Source of the DNA: the human T2T-CHM13v2.0 reference genome, Homo sapiens
Assembly: GCF_009914755.1 (NCBI RefSeq)
Contig: NC_060930.1
Length of the DNA stretch: 64,000 nt
Direction: 5' to 3' (one strand)
The position numbers and the translations under genes are program-made. The notes under the pieces are model-generated. The model saw nothing but the letters and a program-made list of their open reading frames with translations. It ran no database searches and had not been told where the DNA came from. Position 1 is the stretch's first letter, and each line of letters begins with the position of its first letter. Shown piece after piece: positions 1 through 12,392 of this stretch.

Positions 1-160
1 TGGCAGGTGCCTGTAGTCCCAGCTACTTGGGAGGCTGAGGGCAGGAGAATGGCATGAACCTGGGAGGCAGAGCTTGCAGTGATTGGAGATCGCGCCACTG
101 CACTCCAGCCTGGGCGAGAGAATGAGACTCTATCTCAAAAAAAAAAAAAAAAAAAAAAAA
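1..160 (+). mobile_element. Alu right arm plus poly(A) (AluY/Sc-like), cut by window start
   Basis: CCTGTAGTCCCAGCTACT...GAGCTTGCAGTGA...CACTCCAGCCTGGG followed by long A tail. Confidence 0.95.
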
Positions 161-1095
161 AGGAATTGAAAACAGGGATCTGAAGAGATATTTGTACACC
201 CATGTTTATAGCAGCATTATTCACAATAGCCTGAAGGTGGAATCTCCCCAAGTGCCCACTGATAGATGAATGGATAAATAAAATGTGGCTTATACATAGG
301 CATTAAGAAGGAAGAACATTCTGACACATGCTACCACACAGATCAACTTTGAAGACATGGTAAGTGAAATAAACCAGTCGTAAAAGGACAAATACTGTAT
401 AATTCCATTTATATGAGAAACCTAGAATGTCAGATTCATAGAGGGAGAAAGTAGAATGGTGCTTGCCATGTGGTTGCGGGAGGAGGCAGCGGGGAATGCT
501 ATCTATGGTTTCAATATGGTTTGTTTGTTCGTACCAAAACTCATGTTGAAATTTGGTCCTGCGTGTGTTGGTGTTGGGAGGGGGAGCCTAGTGGGAGGTG
601 TTTGGGTCATGGGGTTGGATCTCCTAAGAATGGTTTGACGCTGTTCTTGTGATAGTAAGCTCTAGAAATGGATTTTTTCTATGAGAATGGGTTGTTATAA
701 ATCTAGGGTGCCCCTCAGGTTTTGCCCTTTTCACACGTGTCCATTTCCCCTTTGATCTTCTCCACCACATTGTGAGGCAGCAGTAAGGCCCTTGTCGGCA
801 GCCAGGGCCATGCCCTTGAACTTCTCAGCCTGCAGAATATGAACTAAATAAACCTCTTTTCAATCTCTGATATCCTTTTATAGCAACACAAAATGGACTG
901 AGCCAGGGAGTTATTGTTTAACGGGTAGACTTTCAGTTTGGGAAGATGTAAAAGTTCTGGAGATGGATGGTGGTGATGGATGCACAACAAGGTAAATGTA
1001 CAAAATGCTACAGAGCTTAAAAATGATCAAAATGGTAAATCACTTAAAATCGTTAAAGTTGTAAATATTGTGTACCTTTTACCACAATTTAAATG
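161..1095 (+). mobile_element. L1MB-like 3' end interrupted by an MST LTR
   Basis: GCAGCATTATTCACAATAGCC...GTTCTGGAGATGGATGGTGGTGATGG L1M 3'UTR motifs on both sides of the LTR. Confidence 0.85.
497..905 (+). mobile_element. MST-family (MaLR) solo LTR nested in L1
   Basis: TG...CA termini, AAAACTCATGTTGAAAT, AATAAACCTCTTT; 5-bp TSD GGGAA/GGGAG. Confidence 0.85.
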
Positions 1096-1274
1096 TATCT
1101 AAGGAGGTGTCAATTTTAGGGTCATATAAATGTAGGGTTGGCATTTAGTTCCTCGCCTGGGCCCTGCTGGTATCACTCTGCTTTCCCAAACTTGTCTGGA
1201 TGTTCCTCCCAGATTGAGAATGAGGTGACTAGAACAAACAATAATTATCATCATTGTTACTAATATTAGAATTC

Positions 1275-1565
1275 TTTTTCTTTTTTTAGATGGAGTCTCA
1301 CTCTGTTGCTCAGGCTGGAGTGCAGTGGTGCAATCTCGGCTCACTGCAAGCTCCGCTTCCTGGGTTCAGCGATTCTCCTGCCTCACCCTCCCGAGTAGCT
1401 GGGTTTACAGGCGTGCGCCACCATGCCCAGCTAATTTTTGTATTTTTTGTAAAGACAGGGTTTCACCATGTTGGTCAGGATGGTCTCAAACTCCTGACCT
1501 TGTGATCCGCCCACCTCAGCCTCCCAAAGTGCTGGGATTACAAGCATGAGCCACCATGGCCAGCC
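1275..1565 (-). mobile_element. AluS
   Basis: Full dimer antisense; TSD-like TAGAATTCTTT/TAGAGTTCTTT. Confidence 0.95.
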
Positions 1566-2129
1566 TAGAGTTCTTTAAGATATGCGTTCCATGGATGCAT
1601 TACAGGATGCCCACAGTGATTCTTACCTGCATGGCTACTTCTCATGGCAGGACAAAGAAGGTATATGGCATAGAAAATAAACAGTTTCAAGTAGATAGGG
1701 CTAGGAGTTTGGAGTCAGTGAGGAGCTCTGAATGTACTCCAAAAAGTTGCATCACTTAGTTCACTTTGTTTACTTTATATAGTTGAAATTAGGGCTTCTG
1801 AATTCCCATGCACATTTATGTAAGATAGTCTATAAATAAGGACATCCCCCCAGAGGCTTGGAAAATTTCTGTTTACTTCATGTTTGTTTCCTTCAGCATA
1901 AGGCTTGTAAAAGAAAGTTCCCGAGGTAAGCTAATGAATTGTGTACTTTCACAGATAAAGTGTAAGGAAAGTTATAGGTGTGGTACCTGACAGTAGGAAA
2001 ATTAACAGAGATACAGAGTATGAGGCAAGATGATAGTAATTTACCAAGGGTACTCAGCAGAGAGGCGTGAGTGAGGACAGAGTCACACTGTTAGTTGACA
2101 TCACTTCTTTATGGCTTGCCTGAATATGA

Positions 2130-2254
2130 GGGGAAGGTGGGAAGAGAGAGGGGAAAGAAGAAGGAAGGAAGGAAGGAAGGACGGAAAGAAGGAAGGAAGG
2201 GAGGCAGAGAGGGAGGGAGGTAGGTAGGGAGGGAGGGAGGGAGGGAGGGAGGGA
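2130..2254 (+). repeat. Polypurine (GGAA)n/(GGGA)n microsatellite
   Basis: Direct reading of repeat units. Confidence 0.95.
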
Positions 2255-2279
2255 ACTTTGCATTCAACATGTCTTCTAT

Positions 2280-3015
2280 TTCAGCCAATGTCAGCCCTCC
2301 ATTCAATCTTGCCCCCAAGTTTGATCCCATGAAATCATATCTATACTAAACTTCCTTCTAAATGTTTCTTCAGCGCACACATTTCACAATCTTCCTTCAG
2401 CCTCCTTCATTCCATTTGGGTTTCTGTCATTGTCTACCAACTAGGCTTTCTTGCTCCTTTCAACCCACTTCCCCTATTGCAAGCCATCAGTAATCCGGTA
2501 ATCTTCCTAAAAGCGAGCTCTGTCCACAGCCCTCCCCTGCCTGCAGTGAATCCCAGGATCCCAGCTGCTTACCTGGCCTGGCCATGCCCCGCTTCCATCT
2601 GGAGATCTGCAGTCCATCCATATTGAACCCCTTTGTTTCTTGAGTGAACTGAGCGCTGCAGTTTCTTGGCTTTCACACCTGCTGTTGTCTTCACTGGGTA
2701 CACCTCTGACCTTTTTGTTTCCTGGAACCTACTTCTCTTTGCCCTGTGTCTGGCTGAATCTTACTCACGCTTCAAATCTCAGCTTAAAAGTCTATTTCTC
2801 TAGAAAAGATTTCCTGAAGCTCTCTCCCCCAACCCTGATTCGGGTAAATGCTTACGCCAGGTGCTTCCTCCACCCTGGAACTTACCTTTGTTACTTATTT
2901 GATTGTTTTTCTCACTAGCTTGAAAGCTCTGCAGGGGCAGGGACTGTCTCTGTCAGGCACATTTATTTGCCAAGTGCCCAAAATGCAGCAGGTTCTTTGA
3001 ATTTTGAAATGAATG
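2280..3015 (+). mobile_element. Degenerate L2 3' fragment
   Basis: L2-like 3' motifs ending TGAAATGAATGG. Confidence 0.55.
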
Positions 3016-3554
3016 GCTGTGTTGGGTGGCTCTGTAGGACACTGCTATGGACGGCTCTCAGTCGCCTGACTCACCAAGACCACCACAGGCTCTGGAAATT
3101 TGGAAATGTACCCAGTGGCCTTTCAAGTTTTGGTTAATCTCACTTTACTAATACTTTGAAGAGGCCAATGACGTTGCCCCTCAGTTCAAAGAGCAATTTC
3201 ACATCTTTCTTGAGCCATCTGCTACGTGAACCTCTGTGAGTTGGACTGGGTGGGCACCAAATGGCAGCCAAAAATTAATCTTTTAGGGTCTCCTTATCCT
3301 AAATCTTAGAGTATTATAATGGCTGTCAAGAAATTCATAACTTCTGCGTCTTATCAGTAGAGAAATACCGACGTCTGTGGGTGGCAGATAAACAGATAAC
3401 GGAGTTTTGTGGGCTTTGGGCATATAATTCTTTCTTTCGGTGTTAACCCTCATGTCACGTCTTTCCAGCCCAGGAGAATAAATCAAACAGAAAGAGTCAG
3501 GAGAAACTGCAAGGCTAGAGTGTTAGTCAAATAGTTTACCTAGATGTTGAGGTG

Positions 3555-4290
3555 TCGGCAGTGATGAGAGTCATTGGGGTGGCAACCTCATCACGGCATT
3601 TAGAGCTGTTGCCCAACCCCTCCCTGAGACACCCCCTTCCAGTTTGAAGCCTCTCTGCCTTCAGGGCCCATGGTTTTCTAACTTCCTGCCCTTCTACTAC
3701 CTGGTAATTCCTTGCTACCTTTGCTGCTCCTTCCCCCTCCTGTCCCTGAGAGGAGGGCCTTTCCCTGGTGTTTGCTTCTTACTTATCTTCCCTCTCTCCT
3801 CTCTCTCTTTCCAGCAATCTTGTCACTCCACGAGGGTTCAACTAGCTGCATCTCCTCAGCCCCATCTTTCTTGAGACTGCAGGGTCTGAATTTCTGAATG
3901 GAAATTCCTCCAGGCAGGTGATTCTCAATCTTGTCTCAAAATTAGAATTGACTTGAGGGCCTTAAAAATTCCAATGCTGAGGGCATATCCTGAACCAATT
4001 AAACCAGAGTATTTTTGAAATGAGACCTAGATATGGGATATTAAACTGACTGTTTTACTTATACCCAAGACTATTACTTTCACAATTCATTTTCATCTAT
4101 CAATGGAATCACCATTTTTCTTGTCTACTAACTTAAAATTTTTAGAATTATCCTAATTTTTCCTTTTCATTTGTGTGGTACATGTCAATCAATCCATAAA
4201 ACCTATTCTGTTGTTTCAACAATGTGTCTCAGGCATGTCTCTCATTTCTGATTCTACAGTTTTACTCTCTTCATGCCGTTATTATTTCTG
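3555..4290 (+). mobile_element. L2 fragment interrupted by MER5A-like MITE (~3915-4030)
   Basis: CAGGTGATTCTCAATCTT...TTAGAAT...ACCAATTAAACCAGA (MER5A-like) within L2-like sequence; inverted paralogue at ~44425-44915. Confidence 0.6.
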
Positions 4291-7200
4291 ATTTCTGTTA
4301 CAGGCATTTTGGTTGAATAAGAACTAAGGTTTGAACAGGAAAGATGAGAAGAGCAGGAGATGAGATACCCTCTCCTCTCCTAGTCCTCCACCTCCATCCC
4401 TCTTCAGTTTGGATCCTGGCTGGGCTGGACCCCGCATGTTGACAACAAGGATGTGTTGTGTGGCATCTTTTTAATTAATTTTCATATATGAATTTACAGG
4501 TAGGGTAAGGATTTCTTCTGTGGAAAATGGTGCTGAGATTCCAATCCCTGCTGAGTTGAGGTTATAAAGCTATGGTTGACCTGGATGATCTCAGTTGAAG
4601 GTCATATTTTGGAAACGGTAACAGTGGCTCTGGTAGGGAGTTCACAACATGGTTGGTTCTGAGCAGGACCAACCATGTGTTAGGGAAAATATTTATTCAA
4701 TAGAAAAATGAATAAAAACCAGAAAGAGAAGAAGAGAATTGCTGATTCTGGAAATGGCAAGGTGGCTGGTCCTGGAACTCAGCTTAGTCCACCCCTTGGC
4801 AGTTTTTAATGTATTCTCAGGGTAAGATGTGTACATGTATTTGTAAATGAGGCATGAATTTAAAGAACTGTTACTTCTGGGAACCCAGGAAGCTTTGCTG
4901 AGGGATCTTACCCTGGAGAGCACAGTATAAAAGAAAGTAATTCTCTCTCTTGCCTCATAGCAACTACTTTGGGGAAGGGACTTTACAAACATCTGCCCCA
5001 AGGCTGGGTGACAGCTGCATATCTGTGCAGTGTTTGTACGGGGCATGCAATACTTTACACACTAGCAGGGACACCTGCAGCATCAGTAGGTTTCTGGTCT
5101 ACCAAGAGCAGTGTGATGATGCACTCCAGGCCAGCTGGGGTGGTTGCTGTGGCGAGTAACATTGTTAATTCTACCAACACAGGGGGCTGATGGGTAAATG
5201 ACACTGTTGGCATCAGCAGTGGGCATGGTGTGCTAACCCTTAACACTGTGCCAGGTGGGGATGTTGGACCCAGTGGGGATTACAGTTTTGCTATCTGTGT
5301 GTAAGAACAATGCTCAGAACAGTGTGCAGCATGGGTTGTGCAGTGCACGACAGGGGCATGTGTGAGCACTCAGCAGATTATTGGAACTCCTTGGAAAACT
5401 GGACCAAGACCTCCAAGGCAGAAGGGTGCTTGGGGATATCACTGGAACTGTGAAATAACCATACATAAAAACTAAGACATTGTGATCAAAGTACATAATG
5501 TGCTGGCTAGTTTTTATTTTTATATTGGTTTATATTTTATTTTGTTTCCCATCTCTTGTCACTCCAACTTATTTGAAGCACTATTGTCAAGAATGACATT
5601 TTAAAGCATAATTTGCTGGCCAAGTTACAAATACTGCTCACCCTTGCTTCCACTCCAAACAAACAAACAAACAACAGCAACAACAAATGCTCCCGTTTTC
5701 TATACTATGTCCAACATCCTCTAGTCTGCCATCTGCAAGCCTTCATGAGTGGGTAGTTCCAGGGATATTTCTCATTAGTCTCTTTCACAAACAGGTCCAG
5801 CAAAGAGAATTACTGACCCTTGCTCTCACGCTTTCTGCACTCTCCTGGCCTTGGGACTGTGCTCCTTTTGTTTACTTTCTCTCATTTTTTTCTAGCTCCA
5901 ATCCTGCCGGTCCTTCAGGGCTCAGATCCAATGCATGCCTTCCACAGTGCCCTTCCCACACCGCTCAGCTGGATGCAAACTCTTCCTTTTCTGTGGCTCC
6001 TTGTGTTTTTTTAATGAGGTTTTACCACTTTCCATCTTCTGCACTTATAATTTGTATGCATGGGTCATCTCCACTTATTAAGGATAAACCCCCTGCAGGC
6101 TGAAGCTTGGCCTGATATAACATTGCTTTTCTGGGCAGGACCAACCATGTGTTAGGGAAAATATTTATTCAATAAAAGAAAGAATAAAAACCAGCAGAAG
6201 GAACATTTCTATTTTTTTGCTCCTCACCACTGCCTCAGGGAGAACTAGGTGAGGTGTTTTGGGGTAGGAGAGAAGGGAGAAATAAGTGAGCTACCATATT
6301 TAAAGGTGACTAATGCTTTCCAAAGGAAATGAAAGCTTTGCAGTCATTACTATTTTGCAAAGCTTTATTTTCCCACTTAGGGGAGAGCTCTTCAATTTTG
6401 CAATCTGAAAAATAACTAAAAGCAACCACCACATGTAAGGCGGTCCCCACGGTCTCAGGAACTATTTTTAGGTCATTTGAACATGGTTTCGGCGGTGAAA
6501 TGCTTCTCCAGCTCAGCTTCAGTGCCGTTTTCCTGACTCATGTTCGTTTCTCACGCTCCCTCTGGCCCGAGCCCATGCTCTTTACCTCATTCGTGTTATG
6601 CCATTTCCCCATTTGACTGTCCAAACTGGCACATCTGACAGTGGGCCCATAGCCACTTCCCTAAAACGTCTCCATGGGTGTCTGCAGTTTGTAGAACTTC
6701 ATGGCCATCTGTGGCTGTGAGGAGCCAGGGGCCCTGGAAACTGCGTAAGGGTGGGGTTGGCAGGCACCAAAGAGTCTGAGCTCCTCTAACCAGGGCGTGA
6801 ACAGAAATAGAGATGCTTCCATCAACAGGATCACATCAAACACCCTCCTTTAAGTGTCTATATTTGATTTGTTCTAGCAAAAATGGGGCTTAGTGGACCA
6901 AATACCAACTTAGCATTTTTCATGAAGGACGAAATCCCAAACCACCTCAGCTCCCCACTGGGCACTGGGGCTCACCCAGTCACGTTCCTGCTGGTGACAG
7001 GTCTCCATCCCTTCCCTCCACTCCCTTCATTACCAGTACTTTAATGTCTAATCCAAGCACATAGAGCTGGGAACAACACGTGAAAGATTTCAAAGTGCAG
7101 AGCTAGGTCAAGCTTTGTGCATGCCCATCCATCCAGCATTTAGCTGAATGGTTTTGCACACACTGGGAATTGAACAAATACCTGGCCATGTAAACACAGT

Positions 7201-7419
7201 GGAAAGACAACTGGATTTGGAGAGAGGAGACCTCAGTTTTAGTTGGCTCAAGTACCAGCTTTGCATCTCTACCCCACCTCTGCCATATGACCATGGGCAT
7301 GTCATCTACCCTACTGGAGATTTAGTTTTCCAATGCTAAGTCATCTCTAAGTCACCTCCCATTGTTCACACTCTCTGATTTTATTTGTGGATTGACTGAT
7401 GTTATCATCAGTTGGCTAA

Positions 7420-7975
7420 CATCAACTCCCCTGAGTTACCAGCAATGCCACCAACTGGTCTACCTGTCTTGTTCCTCTTCAGTCTAATGTCCACACTTCA
7501 GCCAGAATCATCTTTCTAATCAGCTTTCTTACATAAACCACATCATTTCATTCCTCTGATTATAACACTTTTCTACAGAAAAGCACTTGGTTTAAAAGTC
7601 CAAACGCACTAATGTGGATTTACGACCTGGCTTTACCCTGTCCTCCAATTCAGCCATACCCTCAGCTCCTCCAGCCCTTTGCAGATGCTGTTTTTTCTGC
7701 CTGAAGGTCTTTTCCATGTCTCTTTTGACCTATTCTTATTCATTCCTTGGGCCTCAGCTTAGACAGTGCTTCCCTTTAAGAAGCCAGTCCTGCACATCTC
7801 TCTGTGTGCCCATAGCATCCTGGGCTTATGCCTATTACAGTCCTATCACCCTGTCTCCCACTGTCTGTTATGCTCCTCTTTCCCGGACAGCCTCTAAAGG
7901 TAGCAGGTTTCCTGAACTTCACTGTATCCTCCATATTTTAGCACAGTGCCTGGCGCTGGTGAACCACTGAATGGA
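7420..7975 (+). mobile_element. L2 3' end
   Basis: Ends TAGCACAGTGCCTGGC...TGAATGGA. Confidence 0.65.
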
Positions 7976-8486
7976 TAACGATGCACTTGTACCTGGCTCC
8001 CATCCTGTGGCATTTCTTTCTCCAACATCCTAATTACCTGCATCATGGGGACACCCGCCCAGGTACTGACAAACCAACCTCCTGGCCTCTACTACTCATT
8101 TTTATAGCCACTACAATTTTCCCCAATAACAGCAGTGGCCTTAGGTGCTTTTCATCTTCTTCATCCCCAAAAAGGAAAAGAAAAACAAGGGTCAGATATG
8201 TGAACTGAAAATCAACTTACAAGTCCTTAGGTAGAAGACATTAGTAAGTAAAAGGTAATAACATATATATGAACTGCAAGATTTACACTTGGCAATAAAA
8301 GAGTAAGTTAAAGACCACCAAAAAAAATACAGCATACAAATTCATGTGTATAATCAGCTAGATTCCACTTTGCTTCTCTTCAACACATGCAAGAACAACA
8401 ACAACAAAATCTTTATGTGTCTATACTCTTACCCCAATCCAGGTCCCAGATACTCTGTCTTTAGGGATATATTCCTTTGTATTAAG

Positions 8487-8632
8487 CCAGATATGGCAAA
8501 CACATAGCATATATCTTACCACTGTCCATTGTCATGCTATTGAAAGTCATTGCCAAATAATCACACAACTTTTTCTTGGTAATGCCTCAGAATCCTTTTC
8601 AACAGAGTGCTCCAGACATCAACTATCAGTAG
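8487..8632 (+). mobile_element. hAT-Charlie-type MER fragment
   Basis: CAGATATGGCAAA terminus, GCCTCAGAATCCTTTTCAACAGAGTGCTCCAG. Confidence 0.45.
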
Positions 8633-9812
8633 GACCCAAGCTTAAGCCTCGTTCTCTGAAATTCCCTTTGTTAAAATGTAAAGGCTTCAGAGGCTGAAGA
8701 ACAATATAGAGCACTGGAGTCTGGGGGTAGATTTATTGAGCAAGTGCTTTCTTTAAGATGGGAGAAGAAAGATTTGGGTACTCAGGGAAAGAGGGGCACA
8801 GAAAGGTGGGAGGGGTAGACACCACAAAAGGGAAGGAAGGGCTAGGGAGAAAACAGCAGATGAGGTCTGGGCACCAAGTTTATTTGCTCTAAGACAGAGG
8901 CTGGTCGAGTCCATAAAACAGGCACTGCTAGAGCCCATGTTCTTTGGAATGCACTCTCTCTCTCTCTCTGCGCTTCCATCCCTGACAGAGCACTGAACTG
9001 AACTAAACTTCCCCGCATATAGGGATCGGAGGGTTGTCCAGATTGTCACACATGAATAGCTTGTGTGAGTCTAGAGAAGGAACACTGATTAGCTTCCAAT
9101 CTGCAGGTCTTGTGTTCAGCAAGCCTCTTTCTTTCAGAAGGAACAAAAGCATGGTGCTAGATGAGAAGGTTATAGAATGGAAGAAAAGTTTCCCAGTCAC
9201 TGGGTGAAAGGCCAAGCACGTTCCCTTGATTATAGACTATTGGGCAGCGTTTCTGAAAATGAGTATTGCCAGGTGGTTGAATGACGAAATCTAGGCCAGC
9301 TACAGAAATCATCTCCCATGCAATTGCCCAAATGCCTTCTAGGAGCTCTGATGCCAGCTGCTGATGCAAATAAGCCCATAATGAAACAGGCAACAGGAGT
9401 GGACAAACCTAGCATGCTCTGCCCACTAAATGACTTTTCAGGTAGAATGTAGTTAGATGCCTCAGATCCCTCAGCCATTCAAGCATGTTCATTGAAGATA
9501 GAACCAAGGAGCAACATTTTCTTGGGAAAGCAAGATGAGTGGCTTTGCAATGATTAATTCTTCACGAGAGAGAGAGGGGAAGTTGTGACTTGCTGTGTAT
9601 GTGTGTGCACACCTGCATGTTTCTGTGCTTGGGAGGTTTCCATGAGCATTAAAATCAAACAATAAGAATGCTTCTTACCTGGAAATGTAAACATGATTAA
9701 ATCCTTATTAAACCAAGATAAAGGGATTCTGACAGAACAGTACACATTTCTGGAACTTCCCTCAGGGTCTTGAACGACAAGCCTAAGTTGACTTTCTCCA
9801 TGTAATTCTTAC

Positions 9813-9928
9813 CGGCTGATGTAAGCAATGCTGGCAGCAGCCAGCAAGGTGAGTCCTGTCTTCTTTGATGGATAGGAGTGAGGCCTGAGGACGACTTCAG
9901 CCAATGTGATGGGGAATATGAAAGTGTG
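9813..9928 (-). CDS. ADTRP: ADTRP coding exon 4 (aa 131-169, HTFIFPITLAEVVLRPHSYPSKKTGLTLLAAASIAYISR; first codon is catalytic His131)
   Basis: TCTCTCCTGCAG| acceptor, 116 nt, CG|GTAAGA donor (phase 2). Follows a ~30.5 kb intron; next exon not in window. Confidence 0.96.
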
Positions 9929-10219
9929 CTGCAGGAGAGAAAATGGCAAATCAGAATGGCAGGGTGTCCAGGGTGCCTACAGTGCCCATAATTCTCTGTT
10001 CCCCTTCCAGTCTACCTCTTACACACTGCTAGATGAAGCTTTCCAGGTCATGCTCCCTAGATGCCCAAGGACCTACCGTGGCTCCCTCTTACCTACCACA
10101 TTAGTCCAAACTCCTCTGTCTGGCTACCAAGGACTTTGCAATGTGTCTCACCCTCTCTCTGGTCCTGCTTATTGCCCACTGCTCCCCTCTCCCTACTTTT
10201 TTTTGGCGGGGGTGGGGGG

Positions 10220-10455
10220 TGGAGATGCAGTCTTGCTCTGTCACTCACCCAGGCTGGAGTGCAGTGCCACGATCTTGGCTCACTGCAGCCTCTGCCTCCC
10301 GGGTTCAAGCAATTCTCCTGCCTCAGCCTCCTGAGTAGCTGGGATTACAGGCATGTGCTACCAAGCCCGGCTAATTCCTGACCTCAAGTGATCTGCCCGC
10401 CTTGGCCTCCCAAAGTGCTAGCTTGGCGGCTTGGCGTAAGTCACCGTGCCTGGCC
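10220..10455 (-). mobile_element. AluS with internal ~60-bp deletion
   Basis: ...CCCGGCTAATT|CCTGACCTCAAG junction lacks the linker and part of the left arm. Confidence 0.9.
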
Positions 10456-10465
10456 CTCTCCTAAA

Positions 10466-10766
10466 ACACACACACACACACACGCACACACACTCATGCA
10501 TACTCTCATAAACATTCACACATTCATGCACAAACATGCACACTCGCACTCAAGCATATATAGTCATGCACATCCATGCACTCACACACACATGTTCATG
10601 CATACTCTCACAGATATTCACACATTTGTGCACAAACACGCACACTAACACATATACACTTCGGCATATTCTCACACACATTTGTGCACACACATGCACA
10701 TGCACACATCCATACTCTTGCACTCTCACACACATTCATACATTTGTGCACACATACATACACACA
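10466..10766 (+). repeat. Degenerate (CA)n-rich tract
   Basis: ~300 bp of CACA/CATG/CTCA units. Confidence 0.9.
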
Positions 10767-12179
10767 ACCCCCCTGTTAGACCGAGGCTGTCTCCTTCACC
10801 CTCCGTTGTGCTCAGCATGCTCGCTCGCACTTCCAGCCTCCTGTCCCTGCTTCCTCTCCCTGTGTGGACTGTGCCTTCTCTCCCTGGGATTCAAATCCTC
10901 TATGTTCTTTGCAGCCAGTGCAATCTTCCATGATGCTGTCTCTGAATTTTCCTCTTGCTAATTTCTCTCAGTCAACTCGACTGCATTTATATCCTGTGCC
11001 ATGTAGTCTAGCACTTATGGTGTATATTCGTACGCTCTGGGGGGCCGGAGAACACGTTCCACCCAGTTCTGCGTTTCTTGTTGCATTTAGCATGGTGTAA
11101 CTGAGCTCAGTCCTGCTGAGGGTGGTAAGTGTGTGGGGTATGCGTGAGCCTCCCTCTGAAACCCCTATGTCCTCCCCCTCCTTCCCTGCATCACCCCCTC
11201 CTTATAACCATCTGTTTTCTTACATCCTCCAAACCCTTAACAGTAGAGTTTTTAAAATGACATAATCAAGGAAATAACTTTAGGAATGATGGCGTTTTCA
11301 GATGCAAAGACTGCTGCAGCCTGCTCCCATCTTGGGTTATAGAAGCTGACCTGGGAAAGGTCACTGGAGTATGTGTGCCATGTGTTTTCATTTATTGATA
11401 ACATTTATGAAGTCCTTCTGCCACCCTCTGAGCTTACTGGAAACATCTAGTAGTGCTAGTATTTTGCGTTTTTTGTAGTTCCAGCTATCATTCCTCCTTC
11501 ACTCCTGCTTGCCAATTTCCTCAGCTCGTGGCTGCCTCTTTCACCCACAGTCTCCACCTGCAAGCTCCCGCCCCATCTTGTTCCTGAGCCCCAGGGCAGC
11601 GGTGTTGGCCCCTCAGTTAGGGCAGTCTCTGGAGCTCGGGAATGTCATTGCGTTCCCATGCCCAGCAGTGCAGCTGGAACTCTGGGTGCTGGCTCTGGGC
11701 AGTCTTTGCTGTCATTCACAAAAGACTTGTGCTCAGGAGGCATCCCCAGGAAGCAGTAGCTTCCTCCCATCCGAGCTGATCTGGCTACGGCAGTCGGATA
11801 TCATAATGACCCACAGATGACCAGAAATGGGTCAAGTTTTGGTGAGGCAGGAGCAGGGTGAGAAGGACCAAGCTGTAAGTACAGGGCAGCACTGGGTGAA
11901 GAGGACCTCTCAGGGTGCCCCAGTTAAGGCCACAGTGGGGTGGCCCAGAGCACCTGGGCATCTCAAGGGCCCTGGGCACCCTGAATTTTACTAACGATGC
12001 CTAGAGGAACAGCATTGCAGACAAGCTACAGCTTTTACATAATTTGCTCAAGGTTGGTCCTGAACATACTGACTGGTTGGAGAAACAAATGGAAAGACTC
12101 CCAGGCCCCCGTCGCACCTTGCATATTTCTTCAGTCTGATTTTAGGCTGCAGCTTCTGTGTCTCTCCGTCTAATAAAAG

Positions 12180-12392
12180 AGCATGGCATCTAAAGGCACA
12201 CAGTTTCTAATCTAACCCTGGGCTAGTGACCAAATCTCTCTGAACTTCAGCTTCCCCAGTTATAAAATGGGGACAATAAATAGTACATACCTCTAGTGAT
12301 GCTGCTATGGGGATTGACGTGAGTGCGTGTAATATGCTTAGTCTTTGGCCCTGGAGAGCTTCAGTGAGCATTTGCTGGGGTTGTCACTATTA
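12180..12392 (+). mobile_element. MIR
   Basis: CTCTCTGAACTTCAGCTTCCCCAGTTATAAAATGGGGACAATAA core. Confidence 0.75.

Noticed and set aside
1-9812. ADTRP exon 5 (expected to continue with ILWLYFETGTWVYP)
   Set aside because: Not found in this interval; it must lie left of the window.
10388-10961. His/Thr-rich ORFs
   Set aside because: Translations of the (CA)n tract.
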